In this document: piece by piece, positions 39,004 through 48,475 of the stretch
How the letters are laid out: every line of letters starts with the position of its first letter
How positions within the stretch are numbered: the first letter of the stretch is position 1
Source of the DNA: Croceibacterium sp.
Lineage (GTDB): Bacteria > Pseudomonadota > Alphaproteobacteria > Sphingomonadales > Sphingomonadaceae
Assembly (NCBI GenBank): GCA_035555595.1
Contig: DATMGK010000063.1
Location: forward strand, 7,244-71,243
Reading direction: 5' to 3'
DNA length: 64,000 nt
Translations under genes and position numbers: made by a program
Notes under the pieces: model-generated
The model's database searches: none
Told to the model about the DNA's origin: nothing
What the model saw: the letters and a program-made list of their open reading frames with translations, nothing else

Positions 39004-39418
39004 TGCTCGTAATGCGCTTCCGAAGCTGATCGCCCTCGCCACCGGCGTGGCAATGCTGTCCGCGTGCAGTTCCGCCAGCGTGTTCAACCGCGACCGGCCC
39101 GATGAATTCGCCGTGCAGCGGCAGGCGCCGCTGGTCGTTCCGCCCGATTTCGAGTTGTCGCCCCCCGCGCCGGGAGCGCCGCGTCCGACCGAAGGCACTG
39201 CCGCGCAGCAGGCGCTCGATGCCCTGTTCGGCGGCCCCGCTGCGCGCAGCGCGGTGGAAACCAGCGCCATCCAGCGGGCCGGGGAGTCCGAGCTGGGTAT
39301 CCGTTCTTCCGTGGGTGATCCCAACACCTTCACGGTGGACAAGGGCACCACCACCCGCACCATCCTGGCCGCTCCGGAAGGTGACGGGCAGGACGCCAGC
39401 GCAGCGATACCTTCGTAG
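38996..39418 (+). CDS. DUF3035-like lipoprotein
   Basis: ATG at 38996. The signal plus lipobox is MLSAC, followed by RDRPDEFAVQRQAPLVVPPDFELSPP. The position downstream of lspA is common in Alphaproteobacteria as I recall. Confidence 0.65.
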   Translation: MPDARNALPKLIALATGVAMLSACSSASVFNRDRPDEFAVQRQAPLVVPPDFELSPPAPGAPRPTEGTAAQQALDALFGGPAARSAVETSAIQRAGESELGIRSSVGDPNTFTVDKGTTTRTILAAPEGDGQDASAAIPS

Positions 39419-39466
39419 TTTGCGCCCAGGCGGTCGTCGGCCGCCGATCATTCCTGATCATTGAAG

Positions 39467-39507
39467 CAATCCAGAGCGGTTTTAGATACGCTCTGGATTG
39501 TTTTTTT
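39467..39507 (+). terminator. intrinsic terminator after ileS-lspA operon
   Basis: CAATCCAGAGCG-gttttagata-CGCTCTGGATTG-TTTTTTT: a 12-bp perfect stem plus a 7-T run. Confidence 0.8.
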
Positions 39508-39539
39508 ACGCTCGCAATGGCGAGACGGCCAAGCTCGGC

Positions 39540-40832
39540 CTAGTTCCGGCTCACCAGCAGCTTGTCGATCTTGCGGCCGTCCATATCGACGACTTCGAAG
39601 CGCCAGCCCTGATCAGTGAAGCTTTCGCCTTCCTGTGGCAGCTTGCGGAACACGGACAGGGCAAAGCCCGCCGCCGTCGCGAATTCCCGATCCTCGTCAA
39701 ATTCGATGCCCAGCCGTTCGGAAAGCGTGTCAGCCGACATAGCCCCTGCAACCAGCAGCGATCCGTCGTCCCGCTCCACCAGCATCGGCTCATCACCTTC
39801 GTCCTGATGGCTGGCAAAACCGCCGACGATCGCCGTCAGCAAATCCGCCGGTGTGATGATACCTTCCAGATGGCCATATTCGTCATGGACCATGGCCATG
39901 CTCACGCCTGATTGTTGCAGCGTCCGCAAGGCATCCATCGCGTCAAGCTGGTCCGGCACGACGGGTGCTTCACGCATCAGTTCACGCAGGCGCAAAGGGC
40001 GGCCGTCCAGCAGGCAGGCCAGCACCTCGCCCGTTTTCACCACGCCCAGCATGCGATCGGGCGATCCGTCCGCCACCGGCAGTAGCGAGTGGGGCGATTC
40101 GGCGATTGCGCGGCGAATGTCCTGTTCCTCGCCATCAGCGTCGAGCCAGTCGAGATCGGTGCGCGGCGTCATCAGTTCACGCACCGGCCGGTCAGCCAGC
40201 CGCATGACGCCCGACAGCATCGCCCGCTCCTGCTCCTCAATCACGCCGGAATGGGTCGCTTCGGCGAACGCCATCTGCAGTTCCTCGGCGGTCATCTTCT
40301 GCTCCCCCCGATGGCTGATGCCAATCAGGCGCATGATGAGGCCGGAGGAAGTGTCGAGCAGCCAGACGAACGGGGCGGCCAGCTTTGCCAACCACGCCAT
40401 GGGGCGGGCCATGATCAACGCGATCGGCACGGCGTTGCGCAGCGCGACCTGCTTGGGCACCAGTTCGCCCACCACGACGCTGAAATAGGTCGTCAGCACG
40501 ATGACCAGCACGAAACCGGCTTCCTCGGCCGAAGTGGCCGGGACGCCCAGTAGCGCCAGTCTTTCGCCCACCGGCCCGCCCAGCGTGGCCCCGCCATAGG
40601 CGCCGGTGATGATGCCAACGAGCGTGATGCCGATCTGCACGGTCGACAGGAACTTGCCGGGATCCGCCGCCAGCGCCAGCGCAGTGGCAGCCGCGCGGCT
40701 ACCCTTTTCCGCCGCGGCGCGCAGGGGCGCAGGGCGGGCGGACACGATCGCAAGCTCAGACATAGCGAAAGCGCCGTTGAGGATGATGAGCGCAGCCATC
40801 ACGGCAAGGTCGGACCAGGGAAACGGCGACAT
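39540..40832 (-). CDS. HlyC/CorC-family transporter (DUF21-CBS-CorC_HlyC)
   Basis: 430 aa with an N-terminal 4-TM DUF21, a CBS pair and a C-terminal CorC_HlyC domain (WRFEVVDMDGRKIDKLLV). Confidence 0.88.
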   Translation of the reverse strand: MSPFPWSDLAVMAALIILNGAFAMSELAIVSARPAPLRAAAEKGSRAAATALALAADPGKFLSTVQIGITLVGIITGAYGGATLGGPVGERLALLGVPATSAEEAGFVLVIVLTTYFSVVVGELVPKQVALRNAVPIALIMARPMAWLAKLAAPFVWLLDTSSGLIMRLIGISHRGEQKMTAEELQMAFAEATHSGVIEEQERAMLSGVMRLADRPVRELMTPRTDLDWLDADGEEQDIRRAIAESPHSLLPVADGSPDRMLGVVKTGEVLACLLDGRPLRLRELMREAPVVPDQLDAMDALRTLQQSGVSMAMVHDEYGHLEGIITPADLLTAIVGGFASHQDEGDEPMLVERDDGSLLVAGAMSADTLSERLGIEFDEDREFATAAGFALSVFRKLPQEGESFTDQGWRFEVVDMDGRKIDKLLVSRN

Positions 40833-40958
40833 GAGAAACTCTCAATTAGCAGATCGGATCAGAAAGTCGAAGGGAGTCAGGAACACCCTGCGAATTGATA
40901 CATTTTTACAGGCATTGGGGCCCGAACCGGGGTACGTTTTCCAAATCCACTGTCGAGG

Positions 40959-41654
40959 ATGCAAGAGAACATGAACAAGTCACGCATTTTCATCGCCACG
41001 CTCGCCGCCGTTTCGCTGGTTGGCGTTTCAGGCTGTGTTACCGATCCCAACACCGGGGAACAAAAGGTTTCCCGCACCGCCATCGGCGGCGTTGGCGGGG
41101 CCGGACTGGGCTATCTGCTGGGCGGCATCATCGGCGGCAAGACCGCCCGCATCGTCGGCGCGGGCATTGGTGCCGCAGCAGGCGGCTATGTTGGTTACGG
41201 TATGGACCAGCAGATCAAGGAACTGAAGGAATCGACCGCCGGATCGGGCGTGGACATTACCGAAACGCCTGATGGTGACAGCATTCTGGTCAATCTACCG
41301 GACGTTACCTTCGCTGTCGATTCCACCAATATCACGCCCAGCTTCCAGTCCACGCTGGACCAGGTGGCGGGGAGCCTGACCAAGTATCCCAACAGCCTGA
41401 TCGACGTAATGGGCCATACCGATTCGACCGGATCAGATAGCTACAACCTCGATCTGTCGAAGCGCCGGGCCGATTCGGTCGCCAACTATCTGACGCTGCG
41501 GGGCGTAACCCGCGCCCGCATCGCCACGATGGGATATGGCGAACAGTATCCGCGCGCCGATAACACCACGGCAGAGGGCCGCGCGCTGAACCGCCGGGTG
41601 GAAATCCGCATTACGCCGATTACCCAGCAGGAAGCTGCCGCCGCGAACCGTTGA
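40959..41654 (+). CDS. OmpA-family lipoprotein with glycine-zipper N-domain
   Basis: Lipobox VSGC, a glycine zipper (GGVGGAGLGYLLGGIIGG...GAGIGAAAGGYVG) and an OmpA domain (GHTDSTGSDSYNLDLSKRRADSVANYL...NRRVEIRI). The start may be the ATG at 40971. Confidence 0.82.
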   Translation: MQENMNKSRIFIATLAAVSLVGVSGCVTDPNTGEQKVSRTAIGGVGGAGLGYLLGGIIGGKTARIVGAGIGAAAGGYVGYGMDQQIKELKESTAGSGVDITETPDGDSILVNLPDVTFAVDSTNITPSFQSTLDQVAGSLTKYPNSLIDVMGHTDSTGSDSYNLDLSKRRADSVANYLTLRGVTRARIATMGYGEQYPRADNTTAEGRALNRRVEIRITPITQQEAAAANR

Positions 41655-41673
41655 TCCCGCGCAAGGTTTTCAA

Positions 41674-41710
41674 AAGGGGCCGGATCCGGATGGGTTCGGC
41701 CCCTTTTTTC
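41674..41710 (+). terminator. intrinsic terminator after OmpA-family gene
   Basis: GGGGCCG-(14-nt loop)-CGGCCCC-TTTTTT. Confidence 0.7.
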
Positions 41711-41746
41711 TTGTCGGGTGTAAATCTGGCGGGGTGTAGCATCGTT

Positions 41747-41775
41747 CTGGATTGCCGCTTTCGCGGGAATGACGA
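41747..41775. repeat. REP-like palindromic intergenic repeat, copy 1
   Basis: CTGGATTGCCGCTTTCGCGGGAATGACGA. It shares CTGGATT-CCGC-(4)-GCGGGAATGACGA with 60729-60757. Confidence 0.5.
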
Positions 41776-41787
41776 CGACGGGGCCTA

Positions 41788-42582
41788 TCAATCCTTCCCC
41801 ACAAGCCGCGCGGCCCGATCAGCCAGCCTATCCACCGCAGCGGCATGAATCGCCGGCGCGCTGACCAGCAGGCCGAAGGCGCGCGGATCGCGCTTGTTAT
41901 AGGTCAGCGGACGGCCGAAGGCATCGCCTACCGCCGCGCCTGCTTCACGCGCGATCAGGGTGGCGGCGGCGATGTCCCACTCATAACCCCAGCGCAGCGT
42001 GGCAAGCAGATCGGCCCGGTCATCAGCAACCATGGCGATTCTGAGCGCGATGGAATTCGGCTTTTCCACCATGGTCAGATCGCGATCTTCGCGCGGCAGC
42101 GAATCCGTCGGCACTCGCGCCCCGGCCAGTTCAGTCCTCGTGCTGGCCGCCAGCGGGCGACCGTTCAGCCATGCGCCCTGCCCGGCCACCGCGCTCCACC
42201 ATTCTTCCCGCGCGGGCGCGATCAGGCGGCCCAGCAACGGCTTGCCGGCACTGATCAGCGCGATGGACACCGCCCAGCCGGCCCGCCCGCCAATGAAATC
42301 GCGAGTTCCGTCCACCGGATCGACCAGCCAGCACAGCCCGCGCGCGAGTCGTTCCGGCCGATCAGCCGATTCTTCCGACAACCACCCCGCCGACGGCAGC
42401 AGCCGGCAAAGCTCGCGCTTCAGGAAGGCATCGACCTCCATATCCGCCTGACAGACCGGGTTTCCTGGCGCCTTTTCCCAGCTCTCCAGCTCATGCCCGC
42501 CGCCCGGCCAGCGGTTCATGGCCATCTCGCCCGCTTCCCGGCAAATCTGGTCGAGACTGTCCTGATCGATCATCGCGGCCAA
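41788..42582 (-). CDS. inositol monophosphatase family protein (CysQ-like 3'(2'),5'-bisphosphate nucleotidase)
   Basis: WLVDPVDGTRDF metal-binding motif and WDIAAATLIAREAG. 264 aa. Confidence 0.8.
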   Translation of the reverse strand: MAAMIDQDSLDQICREAGEMAMNRWPGGGHELESWEKAPGNPVCQADMEVDAFLKRELCRLLPSAGWLSEESADRPERLARGLCWLVDPVDGTRDFIGGRAGWAVSIALISAGKPLLGRLIAPAREEWWSAVAGQGAWLNGRPLAASTRTELAGARVPTDSLPREDRDLTMVEKPNSIALRIAMVADDRADLLATLRWGYEWDIAAATLIAREAGAAVGDAFGRPLTYNKRDPRAFGLLVSAPAIHAAAVDRLADRAARLVGKD

Positions 42583-42677
42583 CTGGGGCGAGAGCGAGGG
42601 CTTTGCAAGCGGGCAAGCGTATGCTTATGCGCCCTCAGCATCAGCCCACTCCCAATTTCCCGTGAGGCCCCCTTTCG

Positions 42678-43877
42678 ATGAACATCCACGAATACCAGGC
42701 CAAGGATCTGCTCAAGAACTTCGGCATCGCCATCCCCGCCGGCATCCCGGCGCTTTCGGTTGAGGAAGCAGTCGCTGCCGCGAAACAGCTTCCCGGGCCG
42801 CTCTATGTCGTAAAGGCGCAGATACACGCGGGTGGCCGCGGCAAGGGCAAGTTCACGGAACTGCCCGCCGATGCGAAGGGCGGCGTCCGCCTCGCCAAGT
42901 CGGTTGATGAAGTGGAGGCCAATGCCCGCGAGATGCTGGGCAACACGCTCGTCACGATACAGACCGGCGCAGCGGGCAAGCAAGTCAACCGCCTCTACGT
43001 GACGGACGGCGTCGATATCGCGAAGGAATATTACCTCGCGCTGCTGGTCGATCGCGCCACTGGCCGCATCGCGCTGGTGGTTTCGACCGAAGGCGGCATG
43101 AGCATCGAGGACGTTGCGCATGACACGCCCGAGAAGATCACCACGCTGACGATCGATCCGGCCACCGGCTTCATGCCGCACCACGGCCGCGCGGTCGCCT
43201 TTGCGTTGAAGCTGAGCGGCGACACCGCCAAGCAGGCGCAGAAGCTGGCGAAGCAGCTTTACGAAGCCTTCGTCGCGCTCGACTGCTCGATGCTGGAAAT
43301 CAATCCGCTGGTGGAAACCGACGCGGGCGACCTGCTGGTGCTGGACACCAAGATGAGCTTCGATTCGAACGCGCTCTATCGCCACCCTGATGTGGAGGCC
43401 CTGCGCGACGAGACGGAAGAAGACCCGATGGAGATCGAGGCGTCGAAGTATGACCTCGCCTACATCAAGCTGGATGGCGACATCGGCTGCATGGTCAACG
43501 GCGCGGGCCTGGCCATGGCGACGATGGACATCATCAAGCTGAACGGCATGTTCCCGGCCAACTTCCTCGACGTGGGCGGCGGCGCCAACAAGGAAAAGGT
43601 GACGGCGGCGTTCAAGATCATTCTGTCCGACCCGGCGGTGAAGGGCATTCTGGTCAACATCTTCGGCGGTATCATGCGGTGCGACATCATCGCCGAAGGC
43701 ATTGTGGCGGCGGCGAAGGAAGTCAGCCTGTCCGTGCCGCTGGTCGTCCGCCTGGAAGGCACCAACGTGCAGCAGGGCAAGGACATCCTGGCCAATTCCG
43801 GCCTGCCAATCATCGCTGCGGACGATCTGGGCGACGCCGCGAAGAAGATTGTGGGCGAGGTGCGGCAGGCCGCCTGA
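42678..43877 (+). CDS. sucC: succinate--CoA ligase subunit beta (ADP-forming)
   Basis: [17 protein letters not shown], an ATP-grasp core and the [15 protein letters not shown] motif. Confidence 0.96.
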   Translation: MNIHEYQAKDLLKNFGIAIPAGIPALSVEEAVAAAKQLPGPLYVVKAQIHAGGRGKGKFTELPADAKGGVRLAKSVDEVEANAREMLGNTLVTIQTGAAGKQVNRLYVTDGVDIAKEYYLALLVDRATGRIALVVSTEGGMSIEDVAHDTPEKITTLTIDPATGFMPHHGRAVAFALKLSGDTAKQAQKLAKQLYEAFVALDCSMLEINPLVETDAGDLLVLDTKMSFDSNALYRHPDVEALRDETEEDPMEIEASKYDLAYIKLDGDIGCMVNGAGLAMATMDIIKLNGMFPANFLDVGGGANKEKVTAAFKIILSDPAVKGILVNIFGGIMRCDIIAEGIVAAAKEVSLSVPLVVRLEGTNVQQGKDILANSGLPIIAADDLGDAAKKIVGEVRQAA

Positions 43878-43920
43878 ACCCATTTGTGTTGCGCGCGGTT
43901 TTTCGCGCAGGAGAGCATCG

Positions 43921-44670
43921 ATGAAGATCCTTGTGCCCGTGAAGCGGGTGATCGATTTCAACGTCCGGCCCCGCGTGAAGGCGGATGGCAGCGGCGTCGA
44001 TCTGGCCAACGTCAAGATGAGCATGAACCCCTTTGACGAAATCGCCGTGGAAGAGGCGATCCGGCTGAAGGAAAAGGGCGTGGCGAGCGAGATCATCGCC
44101 GTCTCCATCGGCCCGGCCAAGGCGCAGGAAACGCTCCGCACCGCGCTGGCCATGGGCGCCGACCGGGCGATCCTGATCGAAACCGATGAAGCGGCCGAGC
44201 CGCTGGCGGTCGCCAAGATCCTAAAAGGCGTGTTCGACGAAGAGCAGCCCGGCCTTGTCATCATGGGCAAGCAGGCGATCGACGACGACAGCAACCAGAC
44301 CGGGCAAATGCTCGCTGCGCTGACCGCGCGCCCTCAGGGCACTTTCGCCAGCAAGGTTGAGGTCGAAGGCGATCACGTGACCGTGACGCGCGAAATCGAC
44401 GGCGGGCTGGAAACCGTGCGGCTTGCGCTGCCGGCCATCGTCACCAGCGACCTGCGCCTCAACGAACCGCGCTATGCGTCGCTGCCCAACATCATGAAAG
44501 CGCGCAGCAAGCCGCTCGCGACCAAGGCCCCGGCGGATTACGGCGTGGACGTGGCGCCGCGCCTGAAGACGCTGAAAGTGTCAGAGCCTGCCGCGCGGCA
44601 GGCTGGCAAGGTCGTAGGTTCGGTTGACGAACTGGTGGCGCAGCTCAAGACTCTGGGAGTGGTGGCATGA
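43921..44670 (+). CDS. etfB: electron transfer flavoprotein subunit beta
   Basis: The ATG at 43921 gives [46 protein letters not shown]. Confidence 0.93.
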   Translation: MKILVPVKRVIDFNVRPRVKADGSGVDLANVKMSMNPFDEIAVEEAIRLKEKGVASEIIAVSIGPAKAQETLRTALAMGADRAILIETDEAAEPLAVAKILKGVFDEEQPGLVIMGKQAIDDDSNQTGQMLAALTARPQGTFASKVEVEGDHVTVTREIDGGLETVRLALPAIVTSDLRLNEPRYASLPNIMKARSKPLATKAPADYGVDVAPRLKTLKVSEPAARQAGKVVGSVDELVAQLKTLGVVA

Positions 44671-45602
44671 CCGCGCTGGTTCTCGTCGAACATGAAGGCG
44701 GCGCGGTAAAGGACGCGACGCTGGCCGCCGTCACTGCCGCCGGTAAACTGGGCGCGGTCCACGCGCTCGTGACCGGGGAAGGCGCGGATGCGAAGGCTGC
44801 GGCCGATGCCGCCGCGAAGATCACGGGCGTAGAGAAGGTCCTCCTCGCCGCCGATCCCGCCTATGCCCATGCGCTGCCGGAAAACGTCGCGCCGCTCGCC
44901 GCCGCGATCATGGCGGATTACGACGCCTTCGTCGCACCAGCCACCACCACTGGCAAGAACGTGGCCCCGCGCGTGGCCGCGCTGCTCGATGTCATGCAGA
45001 TCTCCGAAGTGATCGGCATCGAAGGCGAGCGCACTTTTACCCGGCCAATCTATGCGGGCAACGCCATCGCCACCGTTGAAAGCACCGATGCCAAACTGGT
45101 GCTGACAGTGCGCGGCACGGCGTTCGACCGTGCTGCCGCCGAAGGTGGTTCGGCCAGTGTCGAGGAAGTGGCCGGGCCGGGCGATGCGGGCCTTTCCACC
45201 TTCGTTTCGCTGGAAGCCACCAAAAGCGAGCGCCCCGAACTGACCAGTGCGAAAATCGTCGTATCCGGCGGCCGCGCACTGAAAGATTCGGCGACGTTCG
45301 AGCAGGTGCTGCTGCCGCTGGCGGACAAGCTGGGGGCAGCCATCGGCGCGAGCCGGGCGGCGGTGGACGCTGGCTATATCTCGAACGACTATCAGGTCGG
45401 CCAGACCGGCAAGATCGTGGCCCCCGAACTTTATATCGCCATTGGTATTTCGGGCGCGATCCAGCACCTTGCGGGCATGAAGGATGCCAAGACCATCGTC
45501 GCCATCAACAAGGATCCTGACGCCCCGATCTTCCAGATCGCGGACCTGGGACTGGTCGGTGACCTGTTCGAAATCGTACCGGACCTGACGGCTAAGCTCT
45601 GA
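44667..45602 (+). CDS. etfA: electron transfer flavoprotein subunit alpha
   Basis: ATGA overlap with etfB. The C-terminal FAD-binding block is [28 protein letters not shown]. Confidence 0.93.
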   Translation: MTALVLVEHEGGAVKDATLAAVTAAGKLGAVHALVTGEGADAKAAADAAAKITGVEKVLLAADPAYAHALPENVAPLAAAIMADYDAFVAPATTTGKNVAPRVAALLDVMQISEVIGIEGERTFTRPIYAGNAIATVESTDAKLVLTVRGTAFDRAAAEGGSASVEEVAGPGDAGLSTFVSLEATKSERPELTSAKIVVSGGRALKDSATFEQVLLPLADKLGAAIGASRAAVDAGYISNDYQVGQTGKIVAPELYIAIGISGAIQHLAGMKDAKTIVAINKDPDAPIFQIADLGLVGDLFEIVPDLTAKL

Positions 45603-45727
45603 TCGTTCCCGCCCAGGCCGGGCAGCCAGGAAACAACTGTTTGTAGCGGTTTGTCGCAAGGCGGGGCCGCCCCTTGCCCGCGTCAGACCGCTGCAATAGC
45701 ATCCTCCGCGGGAGTTGGAGGATAACT

Positions 45728-46624
45728 ATGAGGAAAGTGAGTTGCTGGACGGCAGCCGCAGCGCTGCTGATTTCGCCCGCGGCACAGGCACAAGAGGCCG
45801 CCGAATTCACACCAAGCAGTGTCTGGGCTGCCGATTACGGAGACGACTATTGCCGTCTCGTCCGATCGTTCAGCAACGGGCAGGAAGAAATAACCTTCAT
45901 CCTGCAACGGGTGCAGCCGGGGGCGGACACGCAAGTGATCGTGATCGGCGACTCTCTCCGCACTTTTCGGGGCTCCACAGAACTGGGATGGCAGTTCCTG
46001 CCTAACCAGTCCGAACGCAAATCGCGCTATTCACGATCACAGATCGACGGCGGCCAGCAATACCTGCGGCTGGATAACGTGATGCTTTCGCCACCGGCAG
46101 GCGGAGGAGGTTTCGGGCCCCCTCCACCATACGACAGGACGGGTGAGAAAAATCTGGCAAAGGGGCTGACCGGCTTCGCTGTCACCAGTGGCCTGACCAA
46201 GCCGGTGCGAGTGAGCACAGGCGCGCTCGATGCGCCAGTCGGGGCGTTGCAGACCTGTACGGATGATCTCCTAACCTCGTGGGGGCTGGACGCCGAAAAG
46301 CACAAGACCCTATCGTCCTCAGTCATCGCACCGCCTGCGCCCGGCTGGCTGCCCAGCGGGACCATCCCTTTCAGCGAGTTCAGCAAGTTCGCCGGCGGGG
46401 GTAATCAGGTGCGCATGATGGTGGGTGCGGATGGCAAGCCCACCGCCTGCCACATCTTCTCCCCTTCGCTGAGCGAGGCGCTGAACAAGAAAATCTGCGA
46501 TCTGCTGATGGAGAACGCCACCTTCGCGCCCGCCAAGGACGCCAGCGGGCAGGCTATCGCCAGCTACTGGATGGGTTCGCCGATGTTCCTCGGCCCACCG
46601 ATGGGTGGCGGCGGACGGCGCTGA
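45728..46624 (+). CDS. hypothetical secreted protein with TonB-C-like C-terminal domain
   Basis: The ATG at 45728 gives a signal peptide (AAAALLISPAAQAQ). The C-terminal ~80 aa (VRMMVGADGKPTACHIFSPSLSEALNKKICDLLMENATFAPAKDASGQAI) look like a TonB_C fold. There is no membrane anchor or Pro-rich linker. Confidence 0.55.
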   Translation: MRKVSCWTAAAALLISPAAQAQEAAEFTPSSVWAADYGDDYCRLVRSFSNGQEEITFILQRVQPGADTQVIVIGDSLRTFRGSTELGWQFLPNQSERKSRYSRSQIDGGQQYLRLDNVMLSPPAGGGGFGPPPPYDRTGEKNLAKGLTGFAVTSGLTKPVRVSTGALDAPVGALQTCTDDLLTSWGLDAEKHKTLSSSVIAPPAPGWLPSGTIPFSEFSKFAGGGNQVRMMVGADGKPTACHIFSPSLSEALNKKICDLLMENATFAPAKDASGQAIASYWMGSPMFLGPPMGGGGRR

Positions 46625-46648
46625 TCGCGTTCTTGCGGATAATGGCTT

Positions 46649-47188
46649 CTAGCGGCCCGGTTTGCGTTCCAGCAGCCGGGCCGCTTCTCTATCGGGCATC
46701 ATCGCGCTGCGCATCGGCGTGAAACCCAGCTTCCCGGCGAGGGCGAGCGAGGCCCCGTTCCCCTCTGCGATCAGGCAAACGATGGGTTGCGAGCCGTGCT
46801 CTTGCTCGAACCACGCCAGCACCGCCGTCATCGCTTCTGACGCCAGCCCTCTGCCACCGCGGTCATGACGCAGAATCCAGCCTGCTTCGGGCTTGTCGTC
46901 GAAATCGACGCCCAGGCCGCGGTAGGTGTGGAACACGCCGCAGCTTCCGATCAGTTCATCGCTGCCCCGCTCACGCACCATGAAGCTGCCATAACCATAG
47001 AGCAGCCACGACCCGGCGCTGCGCGAAAAGCGCATGAAATGATCTGTTCTGTCGCTGGACGAACCGAGAAAACGGCCGGTTTCCGGGTGAGAGGCGATCG
47101 CGTGCATCGCCCAGACGTCGTCCTTGTGCGGCAGTGACAGTTCCAGCCGCTCCGTCACCAGCAGCGGTGCATTCATTCCATCGGTCAT
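46649..47188 (-). CDS. GNAT-family N-acetyltransferase (RimJ/RimL-like)
   Basis: From the ATG at 47188 (ATGA overlap with the upstream gene): LVTERLELSLP...GWILRHDRGGRGLASEAMTAVLAWF...GASLALAGKLGF. Confidence 0.75.
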   Translation of the reverse strand: MTDGMNAPLLVTERLELSLPHKDDVWAMHAIASHPETGRFLGSSSDRTDHFMRFSRSAGSWLLYGYGSFMVRERGSDELIGSCGVFHTYRGLGVDFDDKPEAGWILRHDRGGRGLASEAMTAVLAWFEQEHGSQPIVCLIAEGNGASLALAGKLGFTPMRSAMMPDREAARLLERKPGR

Positions 47189-48393
47189 AGCCACTGCGAT
47201 AGAGCGTGGATCGCCATCCCGACAAGGCCGCCCACCAGCGTGCCGTTGATGCGAATAAACTGCAGGTCGCGCCCCACCGCACGTTCGATCCGGCCAGTCA
47301 CCGTCCGCGCATCCCACCGGCGCACCGTTTCCGACACCAGTTGCACGATCTGCGAGCCATATCGCGTTGCAATGCCCACAGCGGTTCGACGGGCGAACCG
47401 GTTGACCTGCCATTGCAGTGCCGGGTCTTGCTGAAGGGCGCGGCCAAGCTCCGCCAGACTGGCGCCAAGCTGACCGGCGAAGGCCTTGTCCGGATTGCGC
47501 GACATGTCGATCAGCGAATGGCGCAGCTTTTCCCAAATACCCATCCACCAGTCACCCACTGCCGGGTTGGCGAGTATCTCGCGCTTGGCCGACTCTACTC
47601 TGGCGCGCATTTCAGGATCGTGGGCAAGGTCATGAGCAAGCTTCTCCAGCCCTTCCTCGATTGTCTTGCGCAAGGGATGCGCGGGATCGACCAGTACTTC
47701 GGCCAGCAGTCGGTAAAGACCGTCGAGCACGGAATTGGCCAGGCGCTCGTCCAGGCCCGTCCAGCGCAGCACCGCGTTGGCGCGCGAATGGATCACGTCG
47801 CGCACCATATCCTCGTTCTTTTCCAGCGTAACACCGGTCCAGCGGATCAGCGAATCGAGCAGCGGGCGGTGGCGACCCTCTGCGATCGCCGCATCCAGCG
47901 CTCCGCCCAGCATAGGCGAAACCTCGATCCGTTCCGCCTGCCGCGCCAGCCCGGCCTTCACCTGAGTGCCCAGCCGTTCCGGGTCGAGCGATTCGAGCAG
48001 TTCCGCCAGCAGGCTGGCTGCCCCTTCCCGCACGCGGCTCTGCCCGCCCATTCGCGGTTCGGCCAGGAAGTCTCCGGCCGCGCGCGCGAGGTTCATGTCG
48101 CGCATCCGGCGGGCCACGACGGTCGGGGTTAGGAAATTGTCGCGCAGGAAGCCCGCCATCGTATCGGCGATGCGGTCCTTGTTCGCAGGGATGATAGCCG
48201 TGTGAGGGATCGGCAGGCCCAAGGGATGGCGGAACAGGGCCGTTACGGCGAACCAATCCGCCAGGCCGCCAACCATCGCCGCTTCGGCAAAGGCAACGAC
48301 ATAGCCGACCGCCGGATGCACGCCTTCAAACCGCCGGGCGACGATGAACACTGCCGCCATCAGCACCAGCAACGCACTGGCGATCAGCCGCAT
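47185..48393 (-). CDS. DUF445-family membrane protein
   Basis: From the ATG at 48393 (MRLIASALLVLMAAVFI). GGLADWFAVTALFRHPLGLPIPHTAIIPANKDRI is the DUF445 signature. There is a C-terminal TM segment. Confidence 0.75.
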   Translation of the reverse strand: MRLIASALLVLMAAVFIVARRFEGVHPAVGYVVAFAEAAMVGGLADWFAVTALFRHPLGLPIPHTAIIPANKDRIADTMAGFLRDNFLTPTVVARRMRDMNLARAAGDFLAEPRMGGQSRVREGAASLLAELLESLDPERLGTQVKAGLARQAERIEVSPMLGGALDAAIAEGRHRPLLDSLIRWTGVTLEKNEDMVRDVIHSRANAVLRWTGLDERLANSVLDGLYRLLAEVLVDPAHPLRKTIEEGLEKLAHDLAHDPEMRARVESAKREILANPAVGDWWMGIWEKLRHSLIDMSRNPDKAFAGQLGASLAELGRALQQDPALQWQVNRFARRTAVGIATRYGSQIVQLVSETVRRWDARTVTGRIERAVGRDLQFIRINGTLVGGLVGMAIHALSQWL

Positions 48394-48475
48394 CCTGCGC
48401 GCCTGATCCACCGTGGTGCCTGCCCGCAAGGCTGGCACCTGCGGTTGCGACTGGCCCTCGGGAGGGCCTGGCTGC

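Noticed and set aside
43878-43920. TGCGCG-cggttttt-CGCGCA hairpin between sucC and etfB as a terminator
   Set aside because: The T-run is inside the loop rather than after the stem, and the etfB SD (GGAGAG) follows immediately. It is more likely an intercistronic structure than a terminator.
42570-44294. 574-aa minus-strand ORF across sucC/etfB
   Set aside because: It is antisense to two strongly supported genes, crosses their intergenic spacer and is low complexity.
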